Assembly: GCA_964016885.1 (NCBI GenBank) | Contig: OZ024740.1 | Coordinates: forward strand, 384,524,001-384,588,000 | Direction of reading: 5' to 3' | From: Eledone cirrhosa | Taxonomy: Eukaryota | DNA: 64,000 bases | Shown here: positions 25,953-38,951 of the stretch, in pieces | How positions within the stretch are numbered: the stretch's first letter is position 1 | Layout: every line of letters begins with the position of its first letter | Program-made: the position numbers and the translations under genes | The notes under the pieces: model-generated | Told to the model about the DNA's origin: nothing | Seen by the model: the letters and a program-made list of their open reading frames with translations, nothing else | Databases searched by the model: none

Positions 25953-26372
25953 AAATTTCGCTCTACATGGCTGAATACAATAAATGTAATCTGAGGTTTT
26001 CGAATATTAATAATTGTTTCTGCTTTAGGCACAGGGCCAGAAATTACCCAGTTCATTACTGGTACTTTATTTTATCGACCCCGTAAGGATGAAAGGCAAA
26101 GTTAACCTCGGCTGGATATATTAATAATAACATTCGATTCGTTTGCAATTATGCAAACAAGCCTCAATTTTATAGTCATGTCAGTAGAGAGAACACTCCA
26201 TTCTTGCTTTTATATTGGCATGCGAACAGAACTGCAGAGACTTATGTTTCTGGGTATCACCCTTCATCAGTACAGCTCACTGTTAACCTGCTAAACTGTC
26301 AGAGCTAGTGAAAATATATGCTATTTTCAAAAATATACAGTGACTGATCGGCCTGACTTGCATGTTAGCAGA
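25948..26372 (-). mobile_element. Family I pLTR-like element interrupted by a partial SINE (about 26011-26113)
   Basis: Matches 41915-42190 and the reverse complement of 42310-42433; TATTAATAAT on both sides of the SINE piece looks like a target-site duplication. Confidence 0.8.
26229..26278 (-). ncRNA. Minimal hammerhead, family I
   Basis: GAGCTGTA-CTGATGA-AGGGT(GAT)ACCCA-GAAA-CATAAGTC-TC-TGCAGTTC; 8-bp stem I. Confidence 0.8.
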
Positions 26373-26376
26373 TTAG

Positions 26377-26427
<51 letters not shown>

Positions 26428-26435
<8 letters not shown>

Positions 26436-26803
26436 GAATATAAAATGAAAGTGCTTTTTTTTAAAAAAAGGAATTTATTAGGTATTGACATATGTTTCTG
26501 TAACAGATGGAATACCTATGTATCACTGCTTGCGTAATCATATAATGTTAGCAAGTATTCGATAGCAAATGTATACTTGCTAACATTATATGATTACGCA
26601 AGCAGCGATACATAGGTATTCCGTCTGTTACAGAAACATATGTCAATACCTAATAAATTCCTTTTTTTTAAAAAAAGCACTTTCATTTTATATTCATCTT
26701 TTCTACATTTTCTCCGGAATATAATTAATACTCGTTGAGCAAACCTACACGTACGCTGTTCATCTCTAACGTAACGATATATTATCACTACATTATTCAT
26801 AAC

Positions 26804-26812
<9 letters not shown>
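26428..26812. repeat. Fold-back (about 130-bp arms, about 14-nt spacer) carrying a hammerhead 3' half
   Basis: 26428-26558 is the reverse complement of 26573-26702; GAAA-CATATG-TC in each arm; no 5' core seen. Confidence 0.8.
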
Positions 26813-26852
<40 letters not shown>

Positions 26853-26894
26853 AAAGAACACAAGAACGTTTACAACATCAAACAATTTTTATTG

Positions 26895-26939
26895 GCTTAC
26901 AATGTTTCTTCCTTACGTAACCGTAGACTTCTTCAGAGC
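26895..26939 (-). ncRNA. Minimal hammerhead, family E
   Basis: GCT-CTGAAGA-..TACG(GTTA)CGTA..-GAAA-CATTG-TA-AGC. Confidence 0.72.
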
Positions 26940-29571
26940 TATAAAAGGGGTTTGATTGGTGTTATGGACTCTACCAACCAAACATTCAAGAACAAAGAGT
27001 AAAGAGAGTAAAGTGCAAAAGCAGGGGACAATAAGTCTAATTTTGGTGCGGGAGGGTGAGGTGTGGGTCCTTGTTTACTAGCTGTGTCATATTCATTCCC
27101 GGGAGTCGAGTGGTTAGTGGAGCCATAGATGGGGTGGCGTCGATAGTAGGGTGCAGAGGGTGTGCAGAGGCTACACACACGCAAAGGGCATACAATATAT
27201 ATATAACGGAGGAGAAAGTACATGAGGTAATTAGAAATGGAATAAGAGTAATAATAATAATCTATAGTTAATAATGTATAATAAGGCATGGGGATGATTA
27301 CACTATAATAAGGTATAAAAGTAGGAATAAGGTAAAATATAAAGCAGGATAAAAATGAAAGTAAGAATAAAGATAAAAAAATATATATAAAAAATATATA
27401 GAGAATAAATAAAAAATATAAGCAAGTATTAGAAAGGGAAAAACACAATGTAAAAAAACAGATTTTGTCAAATAAAAATATTATAAATATGGGGGGAGAA
27501 AACGGGAGAGAGAAATATAAACAAATGTGATTAGTTGAGAGAATATAGGATGATAATAGTTATGTCAAGTTTATACATCTTAATAATAAATAATCTGTAT
27601 ATCAGAGTTACACATCCTTCAATTCACTTCCAAGTTCAACCCACATGGCATAGTCCATCGCTCATCTTTGCGGTCGTGTGCGTTTGTGTTTGACCCCACA
27701 GCAGATGCACAAGTTCGTAAATTTCAATGCAGATAGAAATCTATTTGTGCTTACCCGGACATTGACGGAGGATCCAATATTCCTAGTTCATTGCCGACCC
27801 AATATGTGTGTGGTGTTATTTTGGTCGTGTACTTCGTTATATCGTGTACTTCGCTATGTGTCGCCGAAAGGTTATCCGGAAGGAACTCTCGGAGAGAGAA
27901 TTTTTTCTGTAGAAGTCTTCTCTATATGTGGTGTTTGGCATGAATTCCTCCTATAATACTCTTCTTTGAGAGGAGCACGATATGTAGAGTAACACATATG
28001 TATTGTCGTAGTTGAAACTGAGAACCACCACCCCTCCTGCTGACCCAAATGTTTACTGAGGACCGGAACACCATTCTCCACAATATAAGAGAGGAATGCG
28101 CTTGCCGGAATATTGATGACCAAAACATAACATTCCAAGGTAATGGTAAAACACAGTGAATGGTAAACACGACCAGAACATCATAACATGCACATCGGAG
28201 CAACAGAGATATAATATCAATAAGCGAATCAATTGAATTTTTTGAGTTGAAATACATATAAATATGTGTCTGTGTGTATATGACACACGTACACATGAAG
28301 AAACTGCTGACCTAAATGTATCTGTCATGCCTGTCTGAATTCCCAGGAGAATTTTCGGTCAGTTACTATCTTGACCGCTTACCCTCACAATTACTACGTA
28401 GCGGTTCTTGCACGTGACTGCTAGACCCGGATGGAACGAAGATGAAGAATTTCCTTGCGTACCGTTTGGTACCACAGATGCGATCTCACTCTGCCACGTT
28501 AATGTTCAATCGACACCAAAGTTCTACGTTCTGTGCAATAGAATTGAATCCAACCACCGACAACATAGTTGGATGACCGATAATCACACCAAATCGGAGT
28601 ACTGTGATCCTTGTGATTTCGAGATATACAACCACTGACACTGTTACGAAGACCAGAAAACCATACTCCATAATATTGAACCAAGTGATTGATTTGTGCA
28701 ACCAAAATAACACCACACACATATTGGGTCGGCAATGAACTAGGAATATTGGATCCTCCGTCAATGTCCGGGTAAGCACAAATAGATTTCTATCCGCATT
28801 GAAATTTACGAACTTGTGCATCTGCTGTGGGGTCAAACACAAACGCACACGACTGCAAAGATGAGCGATGGACTATGCCATGTGGGTTGAACTTGGAAGT
28901 GAATTGAAGGATGTGTAACTCTGATATACATATTATTTATTATTAAGATGTATAAACTTGACATAACAATTATCATCTTATATTCTCTCAACTAATCACA
29001 TTTGTTTATATTTCTCTCTCCCGTTTTCTCCCCCCCTATTTATAATATTTTTATTTGACAAAATCTGTTTTTTTACATTGTGCTTTTCCCTTTCTAATAC
29101 TTGCTTATATTTTTTATATATTCTCTATATATTTTTTATATATATTTTTTAATCTTTATTCTTATTTTCATTTGTATCCTCCTTTATATTTTACCTTATT
29201 CTTACTTTTATACCTTATTATAGTGTAATCTTCCCCATGCCTTATTGTACATTATTAACTATAGATTATTATTATTACTCTTATTCCATTTCTAATTACC
29301 TCATGTACTTTCTCCTCCGTTATATATATATTGTATGCCCTTTGCGCGTGTGTAGCCTCTGCACACCCTCTGTACCCTACTATCGACGCCACCCCATCTA
29401 TGGCTCCACTAACCACTCGACTCCCGGGAATGAATATGACACAGCTAGTAAACAAGGACCCACACCAAAATTAGACTTATTGTCCCCTGCTTTTGCACTT
29501 TACTCTCTTTGCTCTTTGTTCTTGAATGTTTGGTTGGTAGAGTCCATAACACCAACCAAACCCCTTTTATA

Positions 29572-29616
29572 GCTTTGAAGAAGTCTACGGTTACGTAAGG
29601 AAGAAACATTGTAAGC
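29572..29616 (+). ncRNA. Minimal hammerhead, family E (C3U)
   Basis: Mirror of 26895-26939 with TTGAAGA. Confidence 0.62.
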
Positions 29617-29761
29617 CAATAAAAATTGCTTGATGTTGTAGACGCTCATGTGTTGTTTAACATATATATACGGCTCTGCTCCAAAGTATAGAGCTAATTA
29701 TTATGCTGCCAATACCTTAATGGGACACGGGTATGCAATACCTAACTCCTATTAACCTAAG

Positions 29762-29886
<125 letters not shown>

Positions 29887-30270
29887 GTATATATGCACAT
29901 ATAGATATATGTGTGATCCTGTGTGTGTGCGATGTATGTGTGATATACGATATATTTACGATACATTAACTCGTATACGTGTCTACATCTATATTTCCAG
30001 GTCTCGATTTTTAATCTCGATGTGGAATAGTTCTATAAACACACCCAGTTATAATAGTTGATGGCACAGTAACACACTATTACATACAGAGGAATAATTT
30101 AGGCATATCCAGAAACAAATGATACATAATATATTCTCTGAATTTCGTACTATAATACAGATATATACATATTTCACACTTGCCCACTTAAACATATAAA
30201 AAAAATAACACTTATACGAAGAGAATTTAAAATTGGATAAATAACGTAGGCCTTTATTTGGATAAATCTC

Positions 30271-30361
30271 ACCGCTGATGTTACAGTCAGTTAAACACTG
30301 AGACCTTCAGCAATTAGTCTGGAACTAGCTGTTGAAACGTCAAGAGCTCAGCCGTCGCGGT
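30271..30361 (+). ncRNA. Degenerate family-D-related hammerhead with C3-G8 core
   Basis: ACCG-CTGATGT..AGCTGTT-GAAA-CGTCAAGAGCTCAGCCG-TC-GCGGT. Confidence 0.5.
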
Positions 30362-30445
30362 CCCGTCTCTACTACGCCAAGTATCGAGTATTCTCATTAG
30401 TAATAGTCTAATCCAGTTTCAAACTGAATCCATCCTGATTTATAT

Positions 30446-30501
<56 letters not shown>

Positions 30502-31309
30502 GGGGTGGGAGGGGGGATAGAAATATGTACAATAATACGTTTATGTAAATATGCATATAATATGTTTGTGCACATTTTAAGTTGTTGACATATCGTAGCA
30601 TTCTTGTAAGATCGCTTTTACACGGATTCTGAGGTGGGTGGGATATGATCACAGCGAGATTACATGCAGGATTATTATACATAATATTTATATTATAAAT
30701 ATGTTTGTATATGCTTGCATGGATATATGTCTATATTTATAAATGTATATACATATATGAGCATACAACACGCACATGCACATGTATACTAAATGTATAT
30801 ATATATATATATATGTGTGCCTGTATGAATATATGTAAGTATGTATGCATGTCTTCAGCGACTGAAGCTGCAACTCCACCAAGTTACTTGGTTTCGAGGA
30901 TGATATTTGGACACCCCACGGGATAAAATACAAGACCCCGCAAAGGGCGGAGGAACTCAGCAGAGTCAACGGCCATCCAAATAGTACCTTTTTTTTTTAC
31001 CTGGAAGTAAAAGGCCCCCAGTTGTTATCACAACACCTTTCTAGGAGATGGAAACTCTGAAAAAAAAACCTGCGTCTTCGGAAGCATCCGATGTTGTTGA
31101 CCAGTTCTACTTTTCGGGTAGTGTTTTCAATGCTCAGAGAGTGGGATTGGTCAAGTACAAGGCCTTTCCCTACATAAAAAAACGGTCAAAGCACAGACAT
31201 TGCTTGTTCAGGATATGTTACAGGTTTGTGTGACTGACCGTAGCCTAAAAGTGCACCAAACTCTATATTCTGACAAGCGATTGCAGTACTTTTAGCAGAG
31301 TTTGCAGCC

Positions 31310-31625
31310 ATCATGTGTGTGTATACAGTTGATGAAGAACGGAGAAGGCAATGGAAATGCAAGAGCCCTACTTCATGCCCACTGGATAACGAATTCCTGC
31401 TTAAGAATATGGTATACCAAAGTAAGGTTACCACCCACAACTCGATATTATAACTGTGTCGGGGCAACATTGACCAACCTTAAGCACCGCTGGTATAACA
31501 ACTGCCACATCTTTAACAAAGAGGAGCAGCGTAAAATCACGGCCCTTTTTGAACTGATCTGGAAGCTCATGCTGGATAGAATACAGTGTTCAGTGAAATG
31601 GTCTATAGTTCACGAGTTGAATCCC
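31310..31625 (+). pseudogene. Degenerate PLE GIY-YIG fragment
   Basis: CKSPTSCPLDNEFLLKNMVYQ then VGAT.TNLKHRWYN..F..TALFELIWKL..VKWSIV. Confidence 0.8.
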
Positions 31626-32089
31626 GACCATTGTGAGTCCTCGAAATTCTTAAAGCCGGACTACAGTTGATTTTCGTATCCCTAGGGATTTAGAGGTAAC
31701 TTATCCAGCACTTTCTCTCCTATTTTTCAATCACAACAATGTCAGTTCTTCGGTGCTCAATAACTCTATATGTTTACACAGTCAGATCCCACATTCTCTT
31801 TGCTTTGTCATTCTCAATTACACTCTCCGGTTCATGGCGATACCAGACAGCCTACATTCCTTATCTCTTTGTCCATTTAACTTCTTCATTGAGTTGGTGC
31901 TCATAGATTTATCCTGGGCGGCTAAAAGAAAACCCTCCCTCTCTTTCTTCATATCTACCCTCCTCAACCAATCCCATGATATTCCAATTGGCAGGTGTCT
32001 CGTCTGTCCTTCGAATTTTGCCCCGGAGAGACAGTAAGGCTTTTCTTTCTCTACTCTTTTCTTATGTTTTCTTTAACGAATTTATTTGA

Positions 32090-32363
32090 CATGATAACGT
32101 ATTTGAGTAGTATCTTTGCTGTTTGCAACGTAAAAGTCTAAGCCTCTTCTCACTGCAGCGACGCATTCTTCTATTCCAATCAATACTCTTCCACGATTCT
32201 TTTTTGACTCATACAGACTCAAAGAGTTTACCCATTTACAGATTGCCGCCGTCTCTGCCAACATCACTCTAGTCTTTCTGTCAATGTCTAGTTTCTGCTT
32301 GGTCCAATTGAGGACCGTCGCTCTGTATCTCACTACTGCTACAGTCCAGCAATTTATAACTGT
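32090..32363 (-). pseudogene. R4/Dong-type LINE fragment (post-RT region)
   Basis: INCWTVAVVRY..LNWT..LDIDRKTR..RGRVLIGIEEC. Confidence 0.75.
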
Positions 32364-32949
32364 CAAAGCCGCCTAGAAACATCAGCGATCTGTCGTGAGA
32401 GAATAAGAAGGAGAAAGGGGAAAGCAGACAGATAGGAAATGCATTGATACCTTATCAGCTTCCATCCATCCGAACGGCTTTGTACGTCATTGGACGGGAA
32501 ATTAATTTTAGGGTAACCCTTACAGCAGAACATAAGTATATCTGCTAGCATGACGCGTGAGAGTGAGAACAAGAGAGCGAGACGGACTGAGATGGAGAGA
32601 GGGAGAGAGAGAAACATGTCTATTCGAAGCTATGTTCCATTCTAAAATGGTTTAGATATCTAGTTCCGAAAGTAGTAGCAGCAGCTACCGAGGATGCGGA
32701 AGTAGAAAGAGCAGCGATCTGTCGTAGGGCCAAATGAAGGGCAAGAAAGAGGAGAGGAGGAAGGGAACTGTATGTTAAGTTAAAATCCTTGGACTGATAT
32801 CCGTCTATTTCTAAACCGATTCATAGCTCGTGCGGATGTAAATAAATATATGTATCGAATTATCGATGTGAAGCGCTGTTTTACAGTTATTTCTGCGTTT
32901 GAGCATCTCAAACTTCTATATACCCATATTGCCTGAGGGCTTTACATTG

Positions 32950-32988
<39 letters not shown>

Positions 32989-34617
32989 AAACTCACACTG
33001 ATGTATATATATACGTTTGTGAGCGTGTATGTGTTTAAAATTACATACATGTTGAGAGTTTGCAGATATTTGTATTTATATACTCATGTGTTTAAAATCA
33101 TATTATATCTGTTTTTGAAGTCGTTCATAGCATGATACACACACACACACTTATATATACACTCGCACACAAGCACACACGTACGCGCACACACATATAT
33201 ATATACATACGCACGCACACAAGCACACACGCACACACACACACACATATATATATACACGCACGCACACAATCACACGTACACGCGCAGGCACACAAGC
33301 ACACACGCACACACAAACACGCACGCACACGCATATATGTATAAAAGAAAATCGTATATGTGTGTCTGTGTATGTATGTATCTATACATGTATGTGGAAG
33401 TATTTTGTTTGTACATCATGATCAGGTGTTACAAATCTCGTCTCACCAGAGAAATTTATTGTCTAATAAGATGTCTGTCAATTTTATATAAGCTAAGAAA
33501 ACGGTATGCACTTACTTCGTAATATTGAGTACCTTTTATAATGGATTGTTGCGTGTGTGTGTGCTTGTGTGTATGTGTAAGTGTATGTGTATACGTGTGG
33601 GTGTACGTGCGTTCTTACCTAGTACACATAAACAACAATATGTAAACATAAGTAACTAGAATTCAATCCAAACAGAAATATAACGCATATATGTTAAAAT
33701 GTTTCCATACACGAATAATACACACCCAAATATACGTACGCATACAAAACTGCACGCAGAGATAAATCAAAGCCCAAATGTACGCGATACACACATAAAT
33801 ACATTATTACGATACACACATAAATACATTATTACGATACACACATAAATACATTATTACCAGTAATGCACTGGGTAATTGCTGGCCTTGTGCCTAAAGT
33901 AGAAACAATTATTACTATCTCTCTCTCACACATACACACACACGCACAGATATGTCTGTTGTATTCACGTAAGTGTATATTTGTTTGTATACATACATAT
34001 ATATAAACATACGTATATGTATATATACACGCATACATACACGCATACATACATACACACATATACTATATGGATGGTATATGTACATGTATCATCATTC
34101 AGACGTACGCCCACAAACACTCACTGACACACGTGTATACTCTTGCTTCCAGACGCATTCACACATTCGCTCGCTGAAATACGTATTGACTCAATCAGCT
34201 AACCCAGACACACATATACATCTATACACATATGTTAACAAAATCAGAATTACACACACAGGCCTACACACAAATTGCAGGTGATTTGAGTATTATAAAT
34301 CATCGGCTTTGCAATATGAAATTTGAATCTTATTCGTTAATGATAGTTTTAAGAACTTCATCAGCATTACTTGTCTCTCTGAGACGTCCTTCATATGTTG
34401 GTCATAGTTAGTAAAATGAGTCGATCAATTTTATCTATTTGTTTGTTTTTGTGAATTGAAACTTTGCTGTGAAGACAATCAAGCCTTGGCCCTAGCTTGC
34501 GATAATTATATAGCCGATTGTTTTTTTAGTATACATGTATGCATGATGTATGTAAGTATATAGGTAGATAGGTATGTATGCAGGCATGTATGTTCTGGTT
34601 TTATTATTTTATATATT

Positions 34618-34812
34618 AAGGGCGGTGGATTGGCAGTATCGGTAGAGAGTCGGACGCCATGCTTTGCAGCAAAGAGTTACGGCCCTTTATGGTCTGAGTT
34701 CAAATTCCGCCGAGGTTAACTTTGCCTTCCATCCTTACGGGGTCAATAAAATAAAGTACCAGTAATACACTGGGTAATTGCTGGCATTGTGCCTAAAGTA
34801 GAAACAATTATT
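34618..34812 (+). mobile_element. tRNA-derived SINE, full-length copy
   Basis: Same family as 52874-53640. Confidence 0.88.
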
Positions 34813-34959
34813 TTATATATTTTTGCCAACAGAGAAGGTGAAAGAGAGAGCTGATTCCTAAAGACAATTAGGTATATATGCATGTCCAAGATGGATTCAG
34901 GATGTTTTGAAACTTCTTCAAGAAATACATTTATTAATTTGAAAGAATTACCGAATACT

Positions 34960-35290
34960 AACCGTTTTCAAAGTACACAGAACTCTTCATGAAGTGTTGA
35001 ACCGGCGCAAAATGTTTGGAAAATTTGTTTACATTGTGCTCAGTGAGGAGGAGAAAGTAACACATAGATGGGCATCAAAACTGTCCCTCACATTCATTAC
35101 AGTCTAGACATTGTTCCTTGTGGCTTTTGACCCCCCCCCCCCCCCAAGCTGAAGGTAAAGCTCAGGGACAGTGTTTATGAAGACATTGAGAAAATAAAGA
35201 CTGTGACTAGGATCCTGGACAACTTCACTTTGGAGAACTGCCATTGGAGCTTCATGAAGTGCAATGAAATCAGAGGATCCCAGCCAAACT
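34960..35290 (+). pseudogene. Degenerate mariner transposase remnant
   Basis: LHEVLNRRKMFGKFV..VLSEEEK; MGIKTVPH.HYSLDIVPCGF (YSPDLAP-like); KLKVKLR..YEDIE. Confidence 0.6.
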
Positions 35291-35459
35291 CAATTGCTGT
35301 ATATTTCGAGGATGTTGTATCCAGGTCACATTTTTCTCCAGATGGAATCTGCCTTTCTGGTATGGGGACGTAGTGACATTTATTGCTGCATGTGTATATG
35401 TATGTTTGTACACACACACACGCACACTCACACACATGCACACGCATACACACTCACAC

Positions 35460-35556
<97 letters not shown>

Positions 35557-35639
35557 TGACCCTGATAAATAGGCGAAATTCCAGAGAAACAAGACACAAT
35601 GTTTAGTTTAATAAAATGAATATATATATATTTATCCGG

Positions 35640-36258
35640 CGGTGGGGTGCTAACAAGATCCTGGCTTTTAGGGTAGCGTGGTTCAACATATCCTAAGTTT
35701 TACTCTGAGAATTGAGTTGGAAAGATTCAGGTTTCAGTGTTCTGGGACAAAGACGGAATACTCTGCATAAAATACTTGCCAAAATGTCACATCGGAAATG
35801 CAAAATACTACATGTTTCTGTTGGACGAACTGCGTGAAACTTTGAAGTCTAAACGTCGTGGAAAGCTGAGCCATGGTATCTTGTTTTTCAGGACAAGACA
35901 CCAGCACACACAGGACATGTAATTCGGCGGAAAATACGAGACTTTAGCTTCGAATTGGTAGATCACCCATCTTAATCTCCCGGCTAGGCACCCTCGAACT
36001 ACCACCTCTTTCCACAACTGAAGAAATAGTTCAAGGGAACGATATTTCTCTCTGATTCAGATGTAATCGCTGTTACAGAAGCCTGATTAGAGGCCCAACA
36101 TTCCGAGTTCATTTGACAGGGCTTAGAAGAAAATGAAGAACCGCTGCAATAAGTGTGTGAATCGGAGATAGGAATATGTTGAATAAAATCATAATTTACT
36201 GATTTTCCTGCATTTTCTTTGATACTCAAAGCCAGGAACTTTTCAGCACTCTGCGTAT
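35640..36258 (+). mobile_element. Internally deleted mariner element with imperfect TIRs
   Basis: VFWDKDGILCI.YLPK..NAKYY..LLDEL..KRRGKLSHGIL; SPDLAPS-like remnant; GTGCTAACAAGATCCTGGCTTT versus AAAGCCAGGAACTTTTCAGCAC. Confidence 0.8.
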
Positions 36259-37147
36259 ATATATATATATGCATGCGTTACCGTTTGTAAATAAATGAGA
36301 AATATCATACACAATTTAGGATGTAGATTTTATTAATAAATCTATTTCTGACAAAAAGCTTAAATATTATATAGATATGTTATATTGCAAATACTTGTAG
36401 TATCTACAAAGTGAAAAGTTCATTATTTTTCCACTAGATTAGATATGTTATTGTTGAAGTTGACAAAGCTTTTATTATTTCAACTATTGTTCCAGATAAG
36501 TATTCGTCAGATGTTTTCTCAACGAAAACCTCTTCAAAGCTCAGCTGAAATATTCATTGAAATGGCTAGATATTATTGTTTTTGAGTTTTTCTCTTTGGA
36601 GATCCAAACTACTTCAGCGTATATAACTTGGTCAGTAAATTGCTCTCACCCTATTTCTATTCCTTTTCACCTGCTTTCTCTCACTCTTAACTATATCAAC
36701 TTCATTATATATCTTTTATACGTCTGAGGATCTCTGAGTGGAGCTTGTACACTACGGAAATTACGGTACTTGGGCCTTGATCTGAGTCTGATTGCGATGA
36801 TTAAATGATTTTTTCAAATCCTTCCCCATTTGGTTTTCTCGGAAATAAGTCTGTTGTTTGGGGACTGTGGAGCTGGGCTGGTGATAGCTTTGTTAGATTT
36901 GAGCTCCTGTTCTCTTATCTGAACAAACAAGATGGCATAAAACAAACAAATGTTTGCAGAATAATCATTGAGGATGTCACCCAAATCAACATCAGCGGTC
37001 AAAAGATGTCATTACAATATTATCTAACTATGAAATTATGTATTAATCTCATCTATTAACCACATGCGATGGCCTCAACGCTTGGCTCAAAGTAAACGTG
37101 CTATAAATCCAAAGGGAATGACAACATACGTAGCTTGCCTCCTGGTG

Positions 37148-37233
<86 letters not shown>

Positions 37234-38697
37234 TCCCTTCCCTCTTTTCTCGCGCTCTCTGTGTCTTTCTGTTCATCGTTCTCCCTTTCTTCTCATTTTC
37301 ATGTGATTTCCATCTACGGTGGGTAATACGACGTTGCCGTAGAATATTTTGTAAGTCGGCTAAACTTGTTTCTCGACTTCGATAGATATATTGCATTAGT
37401 TGTTGAGTGCTTCAATATCCTTACGGGGGAGCTTTAAATTAATGTCCTTACCGGATATGTAATACGTAGTAGGCGTAAGGCTAGGTTTTGCAGTATTATC
37501 CAAATCTTCAAGGGACTAACAATGATGGCAGGCATTATATGGAGTCAACTCTCAGCATCTACCTCAGCTATTATATAAATGATGATGTTCAGGTCATATC
37601 AAGTGAAGCCATCCATTCCAATTACTGGCTGGGGATACAACTCACTCTGCTGCATTAGAATTATTCGGTAGAAACAAAGAGGCTGTCATCCATCAAAGAA
37701 TAGACATTTGGGTTTCTTAAATTTAGCTGTTGGGCCAGTATTTTTTCTCGTCATTTCGTTTAAAATTGTAGTTTGATTTGAGTAATATAAGGCATTTCGC
37801 CACAAGGGATGGTTGACCTTCCTTAACTCGTGGCCATACGTAGTGCATAATGTTGTTTTATAATTGACGTGTTTTTTATCGAAATGTTAAATGGATCATT
37901 CTGGTAAGTATCCTTATTATCTGGTTAAATTTGCGGTATTTTCTTTTCATTCTTTCTGAAGATGGGATTTTGATTCCCTCCTACCAACCAGAGTTTAGGA
38001 AATTCACAGACCGAACATACTGGAGAAAACTATACTTTTCTGATGAGGTTAATATCAAAACAAGTCCGTAGCACTTCCTTCCTCTCCTAAAAATGACAGA
38101 ATCTTTTTTTTATTTTGTGAAATCAATTCTTAAATACCTCAATGTATGTCCTGTTTTCATTTGGACCTGGTCACAAGGGCTAATTTATTTTTTATTTTTT
38201 TTTATTTTGGGCGTGGGAAGAACATTTTAGTTAATGAGAACTTGAATTATATATGTTGTATGTAAACAATTATCCAGAAAACAGCTGTAGTTGAAACAAT
38301 TGTTACTGTTGCTATTTATAATTGAAATATATTAAATGCATATGGTGATTGACAATTACAGACATTCCCTATTGTTACTGCTGATAGATTTTATTTATAT
38401 TAAGTTTGCTATTTCCAAGACGAAGGTTCAAAAGCAAAAGGATATGTAGCCTATTAGTGAATTTGTTGAAAGAGAAGGGGGATTGAGAAAAGTGGACAAG
38501 GTGATACTTATAGGCCAGAGGCCACCGCTTGCACAAAGCACCCACTCTCAGTTTTCAGAGTAATGCTGGCTCTATGGGTTTTTTTTATTTATTTATTCTA
38601 GGTAGTTACCTCCTATATTTTCTTTTTCATAAGCAGTTCTACACAGCCATACCGACGTTTTTGTAATGTGTTGTTGTAATATATCCCTTGTTTTTTT

Positions 38698-38912
38698 GTA
38701 GTATCGGTAAAGTGTCGGACAACATAATTCGCAGCATAGAGTTATGGCCGTTTACGTTCTGAGTTCAAATCCTTCCGAGGTTAGCTTTGCCTTTCATCTT
38801 TACGGGGTCGACAAAACAAAGTACCAGTCACGCACTAGGGTAGATTTAACCTACTTTCCCCCCGCAAAAAAAATTGCTGGCCTTGTGCCTAAATAAGAAA
38901 ACATTATTATTA
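38698..38912 (+). mobile_element. Diverged tRNA-derived SINE followed by (CAT)n
   Basis: B-box, core and GGCCTTGTGCCTAAA tail shared with the family. Confidence 0.75.
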
Positions 38913-38916
38913 TTAC

Positions 38917-38951
<35 letters not shown>

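Larger units (their letters stand above)
26850..29662. mobile_element. Large head-to-head PLE-derived element (family E), about 970-bp inverted arms
   Basis: 26850-27825 is the reverse complement of 28701-29662; hammerhead near each outer end; weak GIY-YIG C-terminus-like residues near 28600-28860. Confidence 0.85.

Noticed and set aside
35556-35605. CTGATAA..GAAA motif; also CTGAGGA near 36724
   Set aside because: No consistent stems I-III.
36400-37830. Possible host coding exons on the minus strand
   Set aside because: Only short frames with stops, no recognisable domain or convincing splice pattern; needs BLASTX or RNA-seq.
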